DNA of 64,000 nt from Nemertoderma westbladi (taxonomy: Eukaryota; Animalia; Xenacoelomorpha), in the NCBI GenBank assembly GCA_032718475.1, contig JAUCBJ010008699.1, positions 3,448 to 67,447 on the forward strand. The letters run 5' to 3'. The first letter of the stretch is position 1. Each line of letters begins with the position of its first letter. The position numbers and the translations under genes are program-made. This document shows, in pieces, positions 12,808 to 27,078 of the stretch. Under the pieces are notes generated by a model. It searched no databases and was not told the DNA's origin. It saw only the letters and a program-made list of their open reading frames with translations.

Positions 12808-13489
12808 CAAAAATTTTAACATTACGAAATGATTGTACATATACATATACATTATAAGTGATAGAAACTGCACAAATTATATTAGTTGCTGTATAAATAA
12901 ATGTAAAAATGACATAAATTATGTTATAAATAAGTTAGCTTATATTTATGGTGGCGTTTGGAGCCGTGTTATAATAATATAGCTAAGCCCTACTGGTTAT
13001 CAATAGCTATACCCCGCCTACCGGTAGGTATTACAGTATGCCTATCTGGCTGTGAGGCAAATTTCCACCTATTGTTTACGTTGACGCTACTTATTTTTAA
13101 GTTCGTAGATATCGGAGATGCGGCCTTTTTTACACATTAAAATTTATTGACGTGGATTTGCAGTTTGGCTTTTGATTTAGTAGCGTAATGGAATTGGAAT
13201 TGGGGCTATTTGTATTTTGTATGTATAGAGTACAGAAATACATTATTGTGAGTAGATTATATGTTCATTGTTCAACTGATAATTGAACATGGTTGACGTT
13301 TCTAATGTCATGGTGATTGGATGTTGTACGTTAAAGAAAGGATATATTGGACAGCTGTTTAAAACTGATTATTATTAGATTCGGATTATACGATTAGTTT
13401 TCGATTATCAGGATTTATCTTTTTATATAGCTTTACAATTATTATACTGTACATTAGATTTATTAGGTAGTTAGTTTATTAGTAGGTTT

Positions 13490-16400
13490 TATTTGAGTAG
13501 GTTTTACATTTACACTGGATTTATGTCCCTTATTTGAGTAGGTTGTACATTTGATTTTTGTCCCTTATTTGAGTAGGTTGTACATTTGATTTTTGTTCCT
13601 TATTTGAGTAGGTTGTACATTGGATTTATGTCCCTTATTTTTTGTAGGTTGTACACTGGATTTATGTCCCGTATTTGAGTAGGTTGTACATTTGATTTTT
13701 GTTCCTTATTTGAGTAGGTTGTACATTGGATTTATGTCCCTTATTTTTTGTAGGTTGTACACTGGATTTATGTCCCGTATTTGAGTAGGTTGTACATTTG
13801 ATTTTTGTCCCTTATTTGAGTAGGTTGTACATTTGATTTTTGTTCCTTATTTGAGTAGGTTGTACATTGGATTTATGTCCCTTATTTGAGTAGGTTGTAC
13901 ATTGGATTTATGTCCCTTTATTTGAGTAGGTTGTACATTTGATTTTTGTCCCTTATTTGAGTAGGTTGTACATTGGATTTATGTCCCTTATTTGAGTAGG
14001 TTGTACATTGGATTTATGTCCCTTTATTTGAGTAGGTTTTGCATTGGATTTATGTCCCTTTATTTGAGTAGGTTGTACATTGGATTTATGTCCCTTATTT
14101 GAGTAGGTTGTACATTGGATTTATGTCCCTTATTTGAGTAGGTTGTACATTGGATTTATGTCCCTTATTTGAGTAGGTTGTACATTGGATTTATGTCCCT
14201 TATTTGAGTAGGTTGTACATTGGATTTATGTCCCTTTATTTGAGTAGGTTTTGCATTGGATTTATGTCCCTTTATTTGAGTAGGTTTTACATTGGATTTA
14301 TGTCCCTTATTTGAGTAGGTTGTACATTGGATTTATGTCCCTTTATTTGAGTAGGTTGTACATTTGATTTTTGTCCCTTATTTGAGTAGGTTGTACATTG
14401 GATTTATGTCCCTTATTTGAGTAGGTTGTACATTGGATTTATGTCCCTTATTTGAGTAGGTTGTACATTGTATTTATGTCCCGTATTTGAGTAGGTTGTA
14501 CATTTGATTTTTGTCCCTTATTTGAGTAGGTTGTACATTTGATTTTTGTCCCTTATTTGAGTAGGTTGTACATTGGATTTATGTCCCTTATTTGAGTAGG
14601 TTGTACATTGGATTTATGTCCCTTTATTTGAGTAGGTTTTGCATTGGATTTATGTCCCTTTATTTGAGTAGGTTGTACATTGGATTTATATCCCTTATTT
14701 GAGTAGGTTGTACATTGGATTTATGTCCCTTATTTGAGTAGGTTGTACATTGTATTTATGTCCCGTATTTGAGTAGGTTGTACATTGGATTTATGTCCCT
14801 TATTTGAGTAGGTTGTACATTGGATTTATGTCCCTTATTTGAGTAGGTTGTACATTCGATTTATATCCCTTATTTGAGTAGGTTGTACATTGGATTTATG
14901 TCCCTTATTTGAGTAGGTTGTACATTGTATTTATGTCCCGTATTTGAGTAGGTTGTACATTTGATTTTTGTTCCTTATTTGAGTAGGTTGTACATTTGAT
15001 TTTTGTTCCTTATTTGAGTAGGTTGTACATTGGATTTATATCCCTTATTTGAGTAGGTTGTACATTGGATTTATGTCCCTTATTTGAGTAGGTTGTCCAT
15101 TGGATTTATATCCCTTATTTGAGTAGGTTGTACATTGGATTTATGTCCCTTATTTGAGTAGGTTGTACATGTACACTGGATTTATGTTCCTTATTTGAGT
15201 AGGTTGTACATTGGATTTATGTCCCGTATTTGAGTAGGTTGTACATTTGATTTTTGTTCCTTATTTGATTAGGTTGTACATTTGATTTTTGTTCCTTATT
15301 TGAGTAGGTTGTACATTGGATTTATATCCCTTATTTGAGTAGGTTGTACATTGTATTTATGTCCCGTATTTGAGTAGGTTGTACATTTGATTTTTGTTCC
15401 TTATTTGAGTAGGTTGTACATTTGATTTTTGTTCCTTATTTGAGTAGGTTGTCCATTGGATTTATATCCCTTATTTGAGTAGGTTGTACATTGGATTTAT
15501 GTCCCTTATTTGAGTAGGTTGTACATTGGATTTATGTTCCTTATTTGAGTAGGTTGTACATTGGATTTATGTCTCTTATTTGAGTAGGTTGTACATAGGA
15601 TTTATGTTCCTTATTTGAGTAGGTTGTATATTTGATTTTTGTTCCTTATTCGAGTAGGTTGTACATTTGATTTTTGTTCCTTATTTGAGTAGGTTGTACA
15701 TTGGATTTATATCCCTTATTTGAGTAGGTTATACATTTGATTTATGTCCCTTATTTGAGTAGGTTGTACATTGTATTTATGTCCCGTATTTGAGTAGGTT
15801 GTACATTTGATTTTTGTTCCTTATTTGAGTAGGTTGTACATTTGATTTTTGTTCCTTATTTGAGTAGGTTGTACATTGGATTTATGTCCCTTATTTTTTG
15901 TAGGTTGTACACTGGATTTATGTCCCGTATTTGAGTAGGTTGTACATTTGATTTTTGTCCCTTATTTGAGTAGGTTGTACATTTGATTTTTGTTCCTTAT
16001 TTGAGTAGGTTGTACATTGGATTTATGTCCCTTATTTGAGTAGGTTGTACATTGGATTTATGTCCCTTTATTTGAGTAGGTTGTACATTTGATTTTTGTC
16101 CCTTATTTGAGTAGGTTGTACATTGGATTTATGTCCCTTATTTGAGTAGGTTGTACATTGGATTTATGTCCCTTTATTTGAGTAGGTTTTGCATTGGATT
16201 TATGTCCCTTTATTTGAGTAGGTTGTACATTGGATTTATGTCCCTTATTTGAGTAGGTTGTACATTGGATTTATGTCCCTTATTTGAGTAGGTTGTACAT
16301 TGGATTTATGTCCCTTATTTGAGTAGGTTGTACATTGGATTTATGTCCCTTATTTGAGTAGGTTGTACATTGGATTTATGTCCCTTTATTTGAGTAGGTT

Positions 16401-19400
16401 TTGCATTGGATTTATGTCCCTTTATTTGAGTAGGTTTTACATTGGATTTATGTCCCTTATTTGAGTAGGTTGTACATTGGATTTATGTCCCTTTATTTGA
16501 GTAGGTTGTACATTTGATTTTTGTCCCTTATTTGAGTAGGTTGTACATTGGATTTATGTCCCTTATTTGAGTAGGTTGTACATTGGATTTATGTCCCTTA
16601 TTTGAGTAGGTTGTACATTGTATTTATGTCCCGTATTTGAGTAGGTTGTACATTTGATTTTTGTCCCTTATTTGAGTAGGTTGTACATTTGATTTTTGTC
16701 CCTTATTTGAGTAGGTTGTACATTGGATTTATGTCCCTTATTTGAGTAGGTTGTACATTGGATTTATGTCCCTTTATTTGAGTAGGTTTTGCATTGGATT
16801 TATGTCCCTTTATTTGAGTAGGTTGTACATTGGATTTATATCCCTTATTTGAGTAGGTTGTACATTGGATTTATGTCCCTTATTTGAGTAGGTTGTACAT
16901 TGTATTTATGTCCCGTATTTGAGTAGGTTGTACATTGGATTTATGTCCCTTATTTGAGTAGGTTGTACATTGGATTTATGTCCCTTATTTGAGTAGGTTG
17001 TACATTCGATTTATATCCCTTATTTGAGTAGGTTGTACATTGGATTTATGTCCCTTATTTGAGTAGGTTGTACATTGTATTTATGTCCCGTATTTGAGTA
17101 GGTTGTACATTTGATTTTTGTTCCTTATTTGAGTAGGTTGTACATTTGATTTTTGTTCCTTATTTGAGTAGGTTGTACATTGGATTTATATCCCTTATTT
17201 GAGTAGGTTGTACATTGGATTTATGTCCCTTATTTGAGTAGGTTGTCCATTGGATTTATATCCCTTATTTGAGTAGGTTGTACATTGGATTTATGTCCCT
17301 TATTTGAGTAGGTTGTACATGTACACTGGATTTATGTTCCTTATTTGAGTAGGTTGTACATTGGATTTATGTCCCGTATTTGAGTAGGTTGTACATTTGA
17401 TTTTTGTTCCTTATTTGATTAGGTTGTACATTTGATTTTTGTTCCTTATTTGAGTAGGTTGTACATTGGATTTATATCCCTTATTTGAGTAGGTTGTACA
17501 TTGTATTTATGTCCCGTATTTGAGTAGGTTGTACATTTGATTTTTGTTCCTTATTTGAGTAGGTTGTACATTTGATTTTTGTTCCTTATTTGAGTAGGTT
17601 GTCCATTGGATTTATATCCCTTATTTGAGTAGGTTGTACATTGGATTTATGTCCCTTATTTGAGTAGGTTGTACATTGGATTTATGTTCCTTATTTGAGT
17701 AGGTTGTACATTGGATTTATGTCTCTTATTTGAGTAGGTTGTACATAGGATTTATGTTCCTTATTTGAGTAGGTTGTATATTTGATTTTTGTTCCTTATT
17801 CGAGTAGGTTGTACATTTGATTTTTGTTCCTTATTTGAGTAGGTTGTACATTGGATTTATATCCCTTATTTGAGTAGGTTATACATTTGATTTATGTCCC
17901 TTATTTGAGTAGGTTGTACATTGTATTTATGTCCCGTATTTGAGTAGGTTGTACATTTGATTTTTGTTCCTTATTTGAGTAGGTTGTACATTTGATTTTT
18001 GTTCCTTATTTGAGTAGGTTGTCCATTGGATTTATATCCCTTATTTGCGTAGGTTGTACATTGGATTTATGTCCCTCATTTGAGTAGGTTGTACATGTAC
18101 ATTGGATTTATGTTCCTTATTTGAGTAGGTTGTACATTGGATTTATGTCCCGTATTTGAGTAGGTTGTACATTTGATTTTTGTTCCTTATTTGAGTAGGT
18201 TGTACATTTGATTTTTGTTCCTTATTTGAGTAGGTTGTACATTGGATTTATATCCCTTATTTGAGTAGGTTGTACATTGGATTTATGTCCCTTATTTGAG
18301 TAGGTTGTACATTGGATTTATGTTCCTTATTTGAGAAGGTTGTACTTTGGATTTATGTCCCGTATTTGAGTAGGTTGTACATTTGATTTTTGTTCCTTAT
18401 TTGAGTAGGTTGTACATTGGATTTATATCCCTTATTTGAGTAGGTTGTACATTGGATTTATGTCCCTTATTTGAGTAGGTTGTACATTGGATTTATGTCC
18501 CTTATTTGAGTAGGTTGTACATTGGATTTATGTCCCTTATTTGAGTAGGTTGTACATTGGATTTATGTCCCTTATTTGAGTAGGTTGTACATTGGATTTA
18601 TGTCCTTTATTTGAGTAGGTTTTGCATTGGATTCATGTCCCTTATTTGGATTTATGTTCCTTATTTGAGTAGGTTGTACATTGGATTTATGTCCCTTATT
18701 TGAGTAGGTTGTACGTTGGATTTGTCCCTTATTTGAGGAGGTTGTACATTGGATTTATGTCCCTTATTTGAGTAGGTTGTACATTGGATTTATGTCCCTT
18801 ATTTGAGTAGGTTGTACATTGGATTTATGTCCCTTATTTGAGTAGGTTGTACATTGGATTTATGTCCCTTATTTGAGTAGGTTGTACATTGGATTTTTTT
18901 GTCCTTTATTTGAGTGAGGTTGTACATTGGATTTATGTCCCTTATTTGAGTAGGTTTTGCATTGGATTTATGTCCCTTATTTGGATTTATGTTCCTTATT
19001 TGAGTAGGTTGTACATTGGATTTATGTCCCTTATTTGAGTAGGTTGTACGTTGGATTTGTCCCTTATTTGAGGAGGTTGTACATTGGATTTATGTCCCTT
19101 ATTTGAGAGGTTGTACATTGGATTTATGTCCCTTATTTGAGTAGGTTTTGCATTGGATTTATGTCCCTTATTTGAGTAGGTTGTACATTGGATTTATGTC
19201 CCTTATTTGAGTAGGTTGTACATTGTATTTATGTCCCTTATTTGAGTAGGTTGTACATTGGATTTATGTCCCTTATTTGAGTAGGTTGTACATTGGATTT
19301 ATGTCCCTTATTTGAGTAGGTTGTACATTGGATTTATGTCCCTTATTTGAGTAGGTTGTACATTGGATTTATGTCCCTTATTTGACTAGGTTGTACATTG

Positions 19401-21243
19401 GATTTATGTCCCTTATTTGAGTAGGTTGTACATTGGATTTATGTCCCTTATTTGAGTAGGTTGTACGGTACATTGGTGTCCCTTATTTGAATAGGTTGTA
19501 CATTGGATTTATGTCCCTTATTTGAGTAGGTTGTACATTGGATTTATGTCCCTTATTTGAGTAGGTTGTTGTACATTGGATTTATTTACCTTATGTGAGT
19601 AGGTTGTACATTGGATTTATGTCCCTTATTTGAGTAGGTTGTATATTGGATTTATGTCCCTTATTTGAGTAGGTTTTGCATTGGATTTATGTCCCTTATT
19701 TGAGTAGGTTTGGCATTGGATTTTTGTCCCTTATTTGAGTAGGTTTTGCATTAGATTTATGTCCCTTTATTTGAGTAGGTTGTACATTGGATTTATGTCC
19801 CTTGTATTTGAGTAGGTTGTACATTGGATTTATGTTCCTTATTTAAGTAGGTTTTGCATTGGATTTATGTCCCTTTATTTGAGTAGGTTGTACATTGGAT
19901 TTATGTCCCTTATTTGAGTAGCTTGTACATTGGATTTATGTCCCTTATTTGAGTAGGTTTTGCATTGGTTGGATTTATGTCCCTTATTTGAATAGGTTTT
20001 ACATTGGATTTGTCCCTTATTTGAGTAGGTTTTGCATTGGATTTATGTCCCTTTATTTGAGAAGGTTCTACATTGGATTTATGCCCCTAACTTGAAAGTA
20101 GGTTTTGCATTGGATTTATGTCCCTTTGTTTGAGTAGGTTGTACATTGGATTTATGTCCCTTATTTGAGTAGGTTGTACATTGAATTTATGTCCCTTATT
20201 TGAGTAGGTTGTACATTGGATTTATGTTCCTTATTTGAGTAGGTTGTACATTGAATTTATGTCCTTTATTTGAGTAGGTTGTACATTGGATTTTTGTCCC
20301 TTATTTGTGTAGCTTGTACATTGGATTTATGACCCTTATTTGAGTAGGTTGTACATTGGATTTTTGTCCCTTATTTGAGTAGGTTTTGCATTGGATTTAT
20401 GTCCCTTTATTTGAGTAGGTTGTACATTGAATTTATGTCCCTTATTTGTGTAGGTTGTGCATTGGATTTATGTCCTTTATTTCAGTAGGTTGTATATTGG
20501 ATTTATGTCCCTTATTTGAGTACGTTGTACTGTACATTGAATTTATGTCCCTTATTTGAGTAGGTTGTACACATTGAATTTATGTCCCTTATTTGAGTAG
20601 GTTTTACATTGCATTTATGTCCCTTATTTGAGTAGGTTGTACTTTGAATTTATGTCCCTTATTTGAGTAGGTTGTACATTGAATTTATGTCCCTTATTTG
20701 AGTAGGTTGTACATTGGATTTATGTCCATTATTTGAGTAGGTTGTACATTGGATTTATGTCCCTTATTTGAGTAGGTTGTACATTGGATTTTTGTCCCTT
20801 ATTTGTGTAGCTTGTACATTGGATTTATGATATGACCCTTATTTGAGTAGGTTGTACATTGCATTTTTGTCCCTTATTTGAGTAGCCTAGGTTGTACATT
20901 GGATTTATATCCTTTATTTGAGTAGGTTGTACATTGTATTTATGTCCCTTATTTGAGTAGGTTGTACATTGGATTTTTGTCACTTATTTGAGTAAGTTGT
21001 ACATTGGATTTATGTCCCTTATTTGAGTAGGTTGTACATTCGATTTTTGTCCCTTATTTGAGTAGCCTAGGTTGTACATTGGATTTATATCCTTTATTTG
21101 AGTAGGTTGTACTGTACATTGTATTTATGTCCCTTATTTGACTAGCTTGTACATTGTGATTGGATTTATGTCCCTTATTTGAGTAGGTTGTACATGTACA
21201 TTGGATTTTTGTCCCTTATTTGAATAGGGTGTACATTGGATTT
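13490..21243. repeat. 35-bp tandem satellite array (~220 copies) in MCM4 intron 2
   Basis: Consensus TTTGAGTAGGTTGTACATTGGATTTATGTCCCTTA repeated head to tail without spacers; more degenerate towards the 3' end. Confidence 0.97.
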
Positions 21244-21631
21244 AGATCTCAACAACCATATCTCTAATTTGATTGGCTGAAACATTTCAAGTATACCACC
21301 ACTGGATAGAACATGTCGATTAAGTGCAGTTGGTAGTAGATGTGAAAATCGTCAAAAATGGATTTAGTTATTTTTTATTTTAGAGATAGCAACCTACTGG
21401 TGCAAAAGTTAATAAAATAACATTTTATTGAATTGGCCTCCAGAAGTTACCCAATTTAGTTTTTACTTCTATATATTAATTAACTGTATTATTAAGTAGT
21501 GTTTTTGTTTTTTTAATATATTTTAATATTACTTTTTGTACTGTTAATTACTTAGTTACATCGACTATCAGCATCTTATTAGCTAATTTATATTATTAAC
21601 TTGTTTTTATATTGTGCTTTACTGTTACCAG

Positions 21632-22521
21632 GTAACCGGTATCTACCGCGCCAGCCCGTTGCGCCCAAACCCCCGACAACGCAACGTAAAGGCGGTCTAC
21701 CGGACGCACATCGACGTCATCCATTACCGACCACCCTCGGTCGGCACGGACGGCCCTCCTCGCTTCGCTCCCGAACGCGTCGCCTTCCTCCGCGAGCTGT
21801 CCGGTCGTCCGGACGTCTACGAACGTCTGGCTCGCGGCCTCGCCCCCTCCGTCTACGAACACGACGACATCAAGAAGGGGATCCTGCTGCAGCTGTTCGG
21901 TGGACGTCGGAAGGACTTCAGTGCGTCTGGAAGGAGCAACTTCCGCGCGGAGATCAACGTGTTGCTGTGCGGAGATCCCGGGACCTCCAAGTCGCAGTTG
22001 CTGCAGTATGTGCACCGACTAGCGCCGCGGGGGCAATACACCTCGGGGAAGGGCAGCAGCGCGGTTGGACTCACAGCCTATGTTACCAAGGACCCGGAGA
22101 GTCGCCAACTGGTGCTGCAGACAGGCGCCTTAGTGCTCAGTGATAACGGGGTCTGCTGCATTGACGAGTTCGACAAGATGTCCGAGTCGACGCGCTCTGT
22201 GCTGCACGAGGTTATGGAGCAGCAGACATTGTCCATCGCCAAGGCGGGGATTATTTGTCAGCTGAACGCGAGAACCTCGGTGCTCGCCGCCGCCAACCCC
22301 GTCGACTCCCAGTGGAACGCGAAGAAGACGGTGGTTGAGAACGTCCAGCTGCCGCACACGCTGCTATCCCGGTTCGATCTGATATTCCTGATGCTGGACC
22401 CCCAAGATGAGTTGTTCGACCGACGGCTCGCCAACCATTTGGTTTCGCTTTACCATCAGGGAGGCGCTGCGGAGGAGCCGGAGGAGTTCCTTCCTGTCGA
22501 AGTCGTCAAGGATTACCTCGG
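21632..22521 (+). CDS. MCM4: MCM4 exon 3 (AAA+ ATPase core)
   Basis: Walker [24 protein letters not shown], Walker B CIDEFDKM, arginine finger LLSRFD. AG at 21630-21631, GTGAGT donor at 22522. Confidence 0.97.
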
Positions 22522-22576
22522 GTGAGTAGCTCTGATGTTGAGTTAAGTTTGTGTTGTGTTTCGTAGAATTTCGAGA

Positions 22577-22705
22577 AGTGGTTCAGGTTGTGAGGCGGTT
22601 AGACAGTCACTCTTCCAACCGGACGGTCGTGAGTTCGATCCCGAGAAACTGAACAGCCCATTTTTTAGCTGTTAATAATTCTAAATGACAAGAGCTTTTA
22701 GCCCA
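22577..22705 (+). mobile_element. degenerate tRNA-derived SINE in MCM4 intron 3
   Basis: CGGTTAGAC..CTTCCAACC..GAGTTCGATCCC tRNA-like head; most of it is absent from the paralogous intron at ~54017. Confidence 0.45.
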
Positions 22706-23220
22706 GTCAGCTGTAATGGGAACTATTACTATTGGGATTATTGAACCTTGGGAGTTAATGTGGCGCCCTTCAATGAAGTTTTAAGTTTTTTATTTACGCC
22801 AAGATTAAGAAGTATTCGATAGCAACGATAAAAATTTACAATAAAATATATAACACAATAATTATTAAGTAATTTAAACAATAATTATGCGTGTTAAAAC
22901 ACGATTATTAAAATATCACAAGTTATAATCTTCCTCAGTAAATTTTGATAGGTTAGATAATTCATGGCCTCATGAGGCCAAACCTCGTTTCCATGAAAGT
23001 CCCATGGAATGTCTAAAAACAAATTGCACAATAATAAATACCAGTAACATATTTAAAAAAATAATGATTTTACTAAAACATCTGAAACGACTATTTAAAA
23101 ATATGTATTAAGATGGCAAAATTAGAACTGAACTAAAATATTAAGGAAACATTTACACCAATGTGCACCAATTAGTCCAATAACTTACAGGTAACATCCA
23201 AGAGATATTAGAGCTTCGGG

Positions 23221-23627
23221 AGTAGTAGGTGTTTGGGCGGCTTGGTGACACTTAGACCCCACTCATGACCCATCACTTAGGAATGTGACACCTAGGGTGT
23301 CATTGGCGCCAGACTGTCTGTGTCTGGGTGACACCTCCCAATTAGGCTAATTAGACCCTAATTGACGGGTGTTATCAATTAATTAGTACATTTAATCCCT
23401 AATAGATTTCTTATGACTCCAAATTAGGGTTTAATTGATTATCCTAATTAATCAGACCGATTAGCGCCCTAACACCCAATGGATCATGAGTGATGTCTAA
23501 CCATCACCTAGAGGCCCAAACGGGTGTCATAAGTGACACCTCTGCTCTTTTATTTATTGGTACTTATTTATTTGTATTTAATTTTAATTTATTTAATTGT
23601 ATTGCTTTTACTTTATTTAATTGATTT
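23221..23627 (+). repeat. left TIR, outer segment
   Basis: Reverse complement of 35801..36218, with some substitutions and small indels. Confidence 0.9.
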
Positions 23628-24221
23628 TGTGACGGGATCAAGGGATCCCGACCGGTTAAATAGACTACGCGTCACCGTAGTAGTGAAATAAAATAGGAGT
23701 TTGTTGTTATCTCTCTGATACTTTGAGTGTTAATACTGAATATAGGTGAACTGAATAATAGCACAATGAAAGGTAGCGGATGCTATAGCTGTATAGGGTA
23801 CCGGTATGTGGATATATTGGTGACGGTGAGGATTGTCACCGGTCTGCACTAAAAACCAATAATTGAATAACTGATTTACAGACCGGTAGCAGGATAATAT
23901 ATATATGTATAATTACTACACTGCTGTGGCCTCTTAACCTAGTGGATGCTTCCCTCGCCCCTATTGGCTGATAATCTACTTCACGCCTCTCCCCTCTCTG
24001 GGAGTGTTTCCCCCCTGCTGTTGGCCCCTGCTGGTTGTTTCATCTCCCGAGGTGATTTGACCTCTAACCTCCCTTTGTGTGGCTTTGGGGTTTGTGTTGT
24101 CCCCGGTTATTGGTTGTGATACGAGATTGGTTGTCGCCAATCTCGTATCTCCAATATTGCTGAAAAGGGTGCCACTGCCTAACTTTGTGAGGGTAGTGCG
24201 GCGGAATTGAATCCGCATACA
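23628..24221 (-). repeat. 3' LTR of BEL/Pao element (594 bp)
   Basis: TGTGAC...GCATACA; 24010..24221 is repeated at 31349..31559; adjacent polypurine tract. Confidence 0.88.
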
Positions 24222-25369
24222 CTCCCCCCCCATGCTATCTTCCCGGTGAGAAGATAGCATCACCTGTAAGTGTGCTTCAATTCCGCTGGAACCCGATCTA
24301 CTATCGGGTGTGGGGTGGAGTTCTTTTCTTGGAGTCGGCTTTCCAGGCCGCTCCCTCTGGGTATGATATTACTACCCCTTCTTGGTGCAACCGCAACCTA
24401 TGTTGCACCAAGACATCTGACGTCTCTGTTTGAGACAATTGTGGACTCCTCACACAATTTTAAAAACTCCTCTCACTCTAAGTTCACTCTAACTCCACTT
24501 CAGCTCCACTCTAACTCCACTCTACTCTATCTTACTCGCCCCCCGCACCCGAATCGCATTCCTCTCACTTTCCCTCATCCTGTCAACACCTCCTCTCCAT
24601 TCTTCCCCCCGATTCCCATTCTCGCTTTCATCCCTTGCACACTTATTGGGCCCCACACATGTGCGCACATGTTAGTGGGAGCCGTCTAAGTCCCGTCCTG
24701 TCGCCCTAGTCAATTAGTCCCCAGTCCCAGTAGCTAATTGGAAAAAGGTTGTACTTGACTATGGTACATACTCTATAATATATATACGAGTTATATATAA
24801 CAATTAATTATTATAATTATATATTATATTATATGCTCGTCTACATGATGCGCCTTAACCCCCCCCCGCTCATAGGTGATATGACTCGTCACTCCAAGTC
24901 TCGCCCATTTCATTCTTTCCCCGACTTTCTCGTTTGGCGACTTCTTCCAGTCGCTTCTCCTCAAGTCTATCCGCTTCCAACTTCTCCCACCTCTGATATG
25001 GTGTATCCACCTCCCTGTCTACTAGATGCCGGTTGTTGTAGTACACCGACTCGTCCTTCAGCCCCGGGTGGTCTACCAGACCTTCGAAGGCCACCTTGAA
25101 GGCTCTTCTGTAGTTCGGGGGTGGTTCTGATATTCTTAATTTTTTTTTTTAATTTTGATTTTTTGTTTTATCCTCATTTGCCCCTGTTCTGTGCTATCAT
25201 TTTGTACCTACCTCTCTACTTACTTCTTACTTACTACTTACTGCTATGGTGTGTTGTACCCATATACCATATTCTCTAGTCTATTACTGCTAACTCTACT
25301 AACTCCACTAGCTCTACTAACTCCCTAACTCTACTAACTCTCTAACTCTACTAACTCTCTAACTCCAAT

Positions 25370-25660
25370 GGTACTATCTACCCTCCTACTACCCTCGTGG
25401 TATGTCTCTATATCACACTCCCTGATCTCTAAATCCAACGGTACTGCGTACCCTCTTACTCCCGTGGTATGTCTCTATACCACACTCCCTGATCTCTAAC
25501 TTCTAACTCTCACGGTACTATGTACCCTCTTACTCCCATGGTATGTCTCTATACCACACTCCCTGATCTCTAACTTCTAACTCTTACGGTACTATGTACC
25601 CTCTTACTCCCGTGGTATGTCTCTATACCACACTCCCTGATCTCTAACTTCTAACTCTTA
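25370..25660. repeat. ~70-74-bp tandem repeat (4 copies) in the 3' non-coding part of the BEL element, flanked by CTAACT-rich low complexity
   Basis: GGTACTATGTACCCTCTTACTCCCGTGGTATGTCTCTATACCACACTCCCTGATCTCTAA at ~25370, 25440, 25514 and 25588. Confidence 0.8.
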
Positions 25661-25938
25661 CTCTTACTCTTACTAACTTCTATTAACTTTCTAACTATTA
25701 CTAACTTCTGCTAACTTTCTAATAACTACAACTAACTTTCTAACTACAACTAACTTCTGCTAACTTTCTAACTACTACTTAGTGCTACATACTATCTACT
25801 ACTATCACTTTCTGACTTTCTCCTTTCTAACTTTCTTTCTATTATTTTATTTATTTTATTATTTTTTATATTTTGTGTGGGAAGGGCGTTTCGCCCTCTA
25901 TCCCACCCCCCTCAGTCCAACTCTTGGACGACTAAACT

Positions 25939-27078
25939 CTATGGTGCCCCTTCTAGCAGGCAGCACTTTCCTACAGCCCTCCTGTAGGTCTTCCTATCCT
26001 TTGCTCCTATCTTACCCCCTATCGGCACTTCCACCGATCGGACTCTTCCGTCCTCGTCGGGGTAAGTGTCTACTACTCTCGCTAGCCTCCACTGATTGTT
26101 GATGATTGTGTCATCGGTGACGATCACTAAATCACCTTTCTTTAACTCTCTAGTGGTATTTCTCCACTTGCTCCTCCTGTGTAATGTAGGTAGATATTCC
26201 TCGACCCACCTCCTCCAATACTCTGCGCTTATCGCCTTGGCGACTTTCCAACTCTGTCGTGAGTGTATGTCATCTGGGTCTACACACCGCATGTCGATGG
26301 TCGCTGGCCTTTCCATCAGAAAGTGGCTCGGTGTTAGCACGTCTAGTGATTCCGGGTCGTCATTCTCTGGATATAGCAGTCTGCTATTGATGATTCCCTC
26401 GCACTTAGCTAGCACCATTCTTAGAATGTCCTCTGTCACCATGTGGGTGTTCATCAACTTCGTCATCAGACGCTTGGAACTACCCACAAGCCTCTCGACG
26501 CATCCTAAAGTATGTGGCGCATACGGCGTCCTCCTTTCCCACTTCACCTGTCGTCTCCTCATGGCTGCCCTGACTTCTTCTCCTTCTAGGATGTCCAAGG
26601 CCTCCTCCAACTCGTTCTCTGCCCCCACAAAGTTGGTTCCATTGTCGGAATAGATCACTGCGATCGTCCCACCTTTGCGGTCCCTGAATCTCTCTAAGGC
26701 ATTGATGAATGCCGATGCCGTGGCGTCCTGGGCGAGTTCTCTCCCTACCACCCTCGTGTTGTTACATACGAAGATGATGCCGTATCGTTTCTCCGTGTGT
26801 CGCATCACCTTGATCTTGATCGGCCCAAACATGTCTATGCCGCAGTGCATGAATGGCGGGTCATGCTGTCTCACCCTACTGGCCGGTAATGGCGCCATCT
26901 CCTGTACGGCCCTCTCCTTTCTTGTCCATCGGCAGGTCTGGCACTGCCCCACTACCGCCTTCACCTTCTTTCTCAGCTGCGCAATCCAGAAGGTCCTCCG
27001 TATCTCTGTGAGGGTTTGGTTGGTGCCTCCGTGTAATATCGACTTGTGGGAGTCCCAAATGATCTGGTGGACTATCGG
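25939..27078 (-). pseudogene. BEL/Pao integrase domain, separated from pol by an in-frame stop at 27079-27081
   Basis: HHCC (SHKSILHGG..CQTC), IDMFGP, SDNGTNF, VERLV (DDE), FW-type EYWRRWVEEYL..KW and W.LARVV..PD.DG.VR C-terminal domain. Same frame as ORF 27079..30108. Confidence 0.9.

Noticed and set aside
13490-21243. CRISPR-like array (35-bp repeat length)
   Set aside because: Monomers are contiguous with no unique spacers, there are no cas genes, and it lies in a spliceosomal intron.
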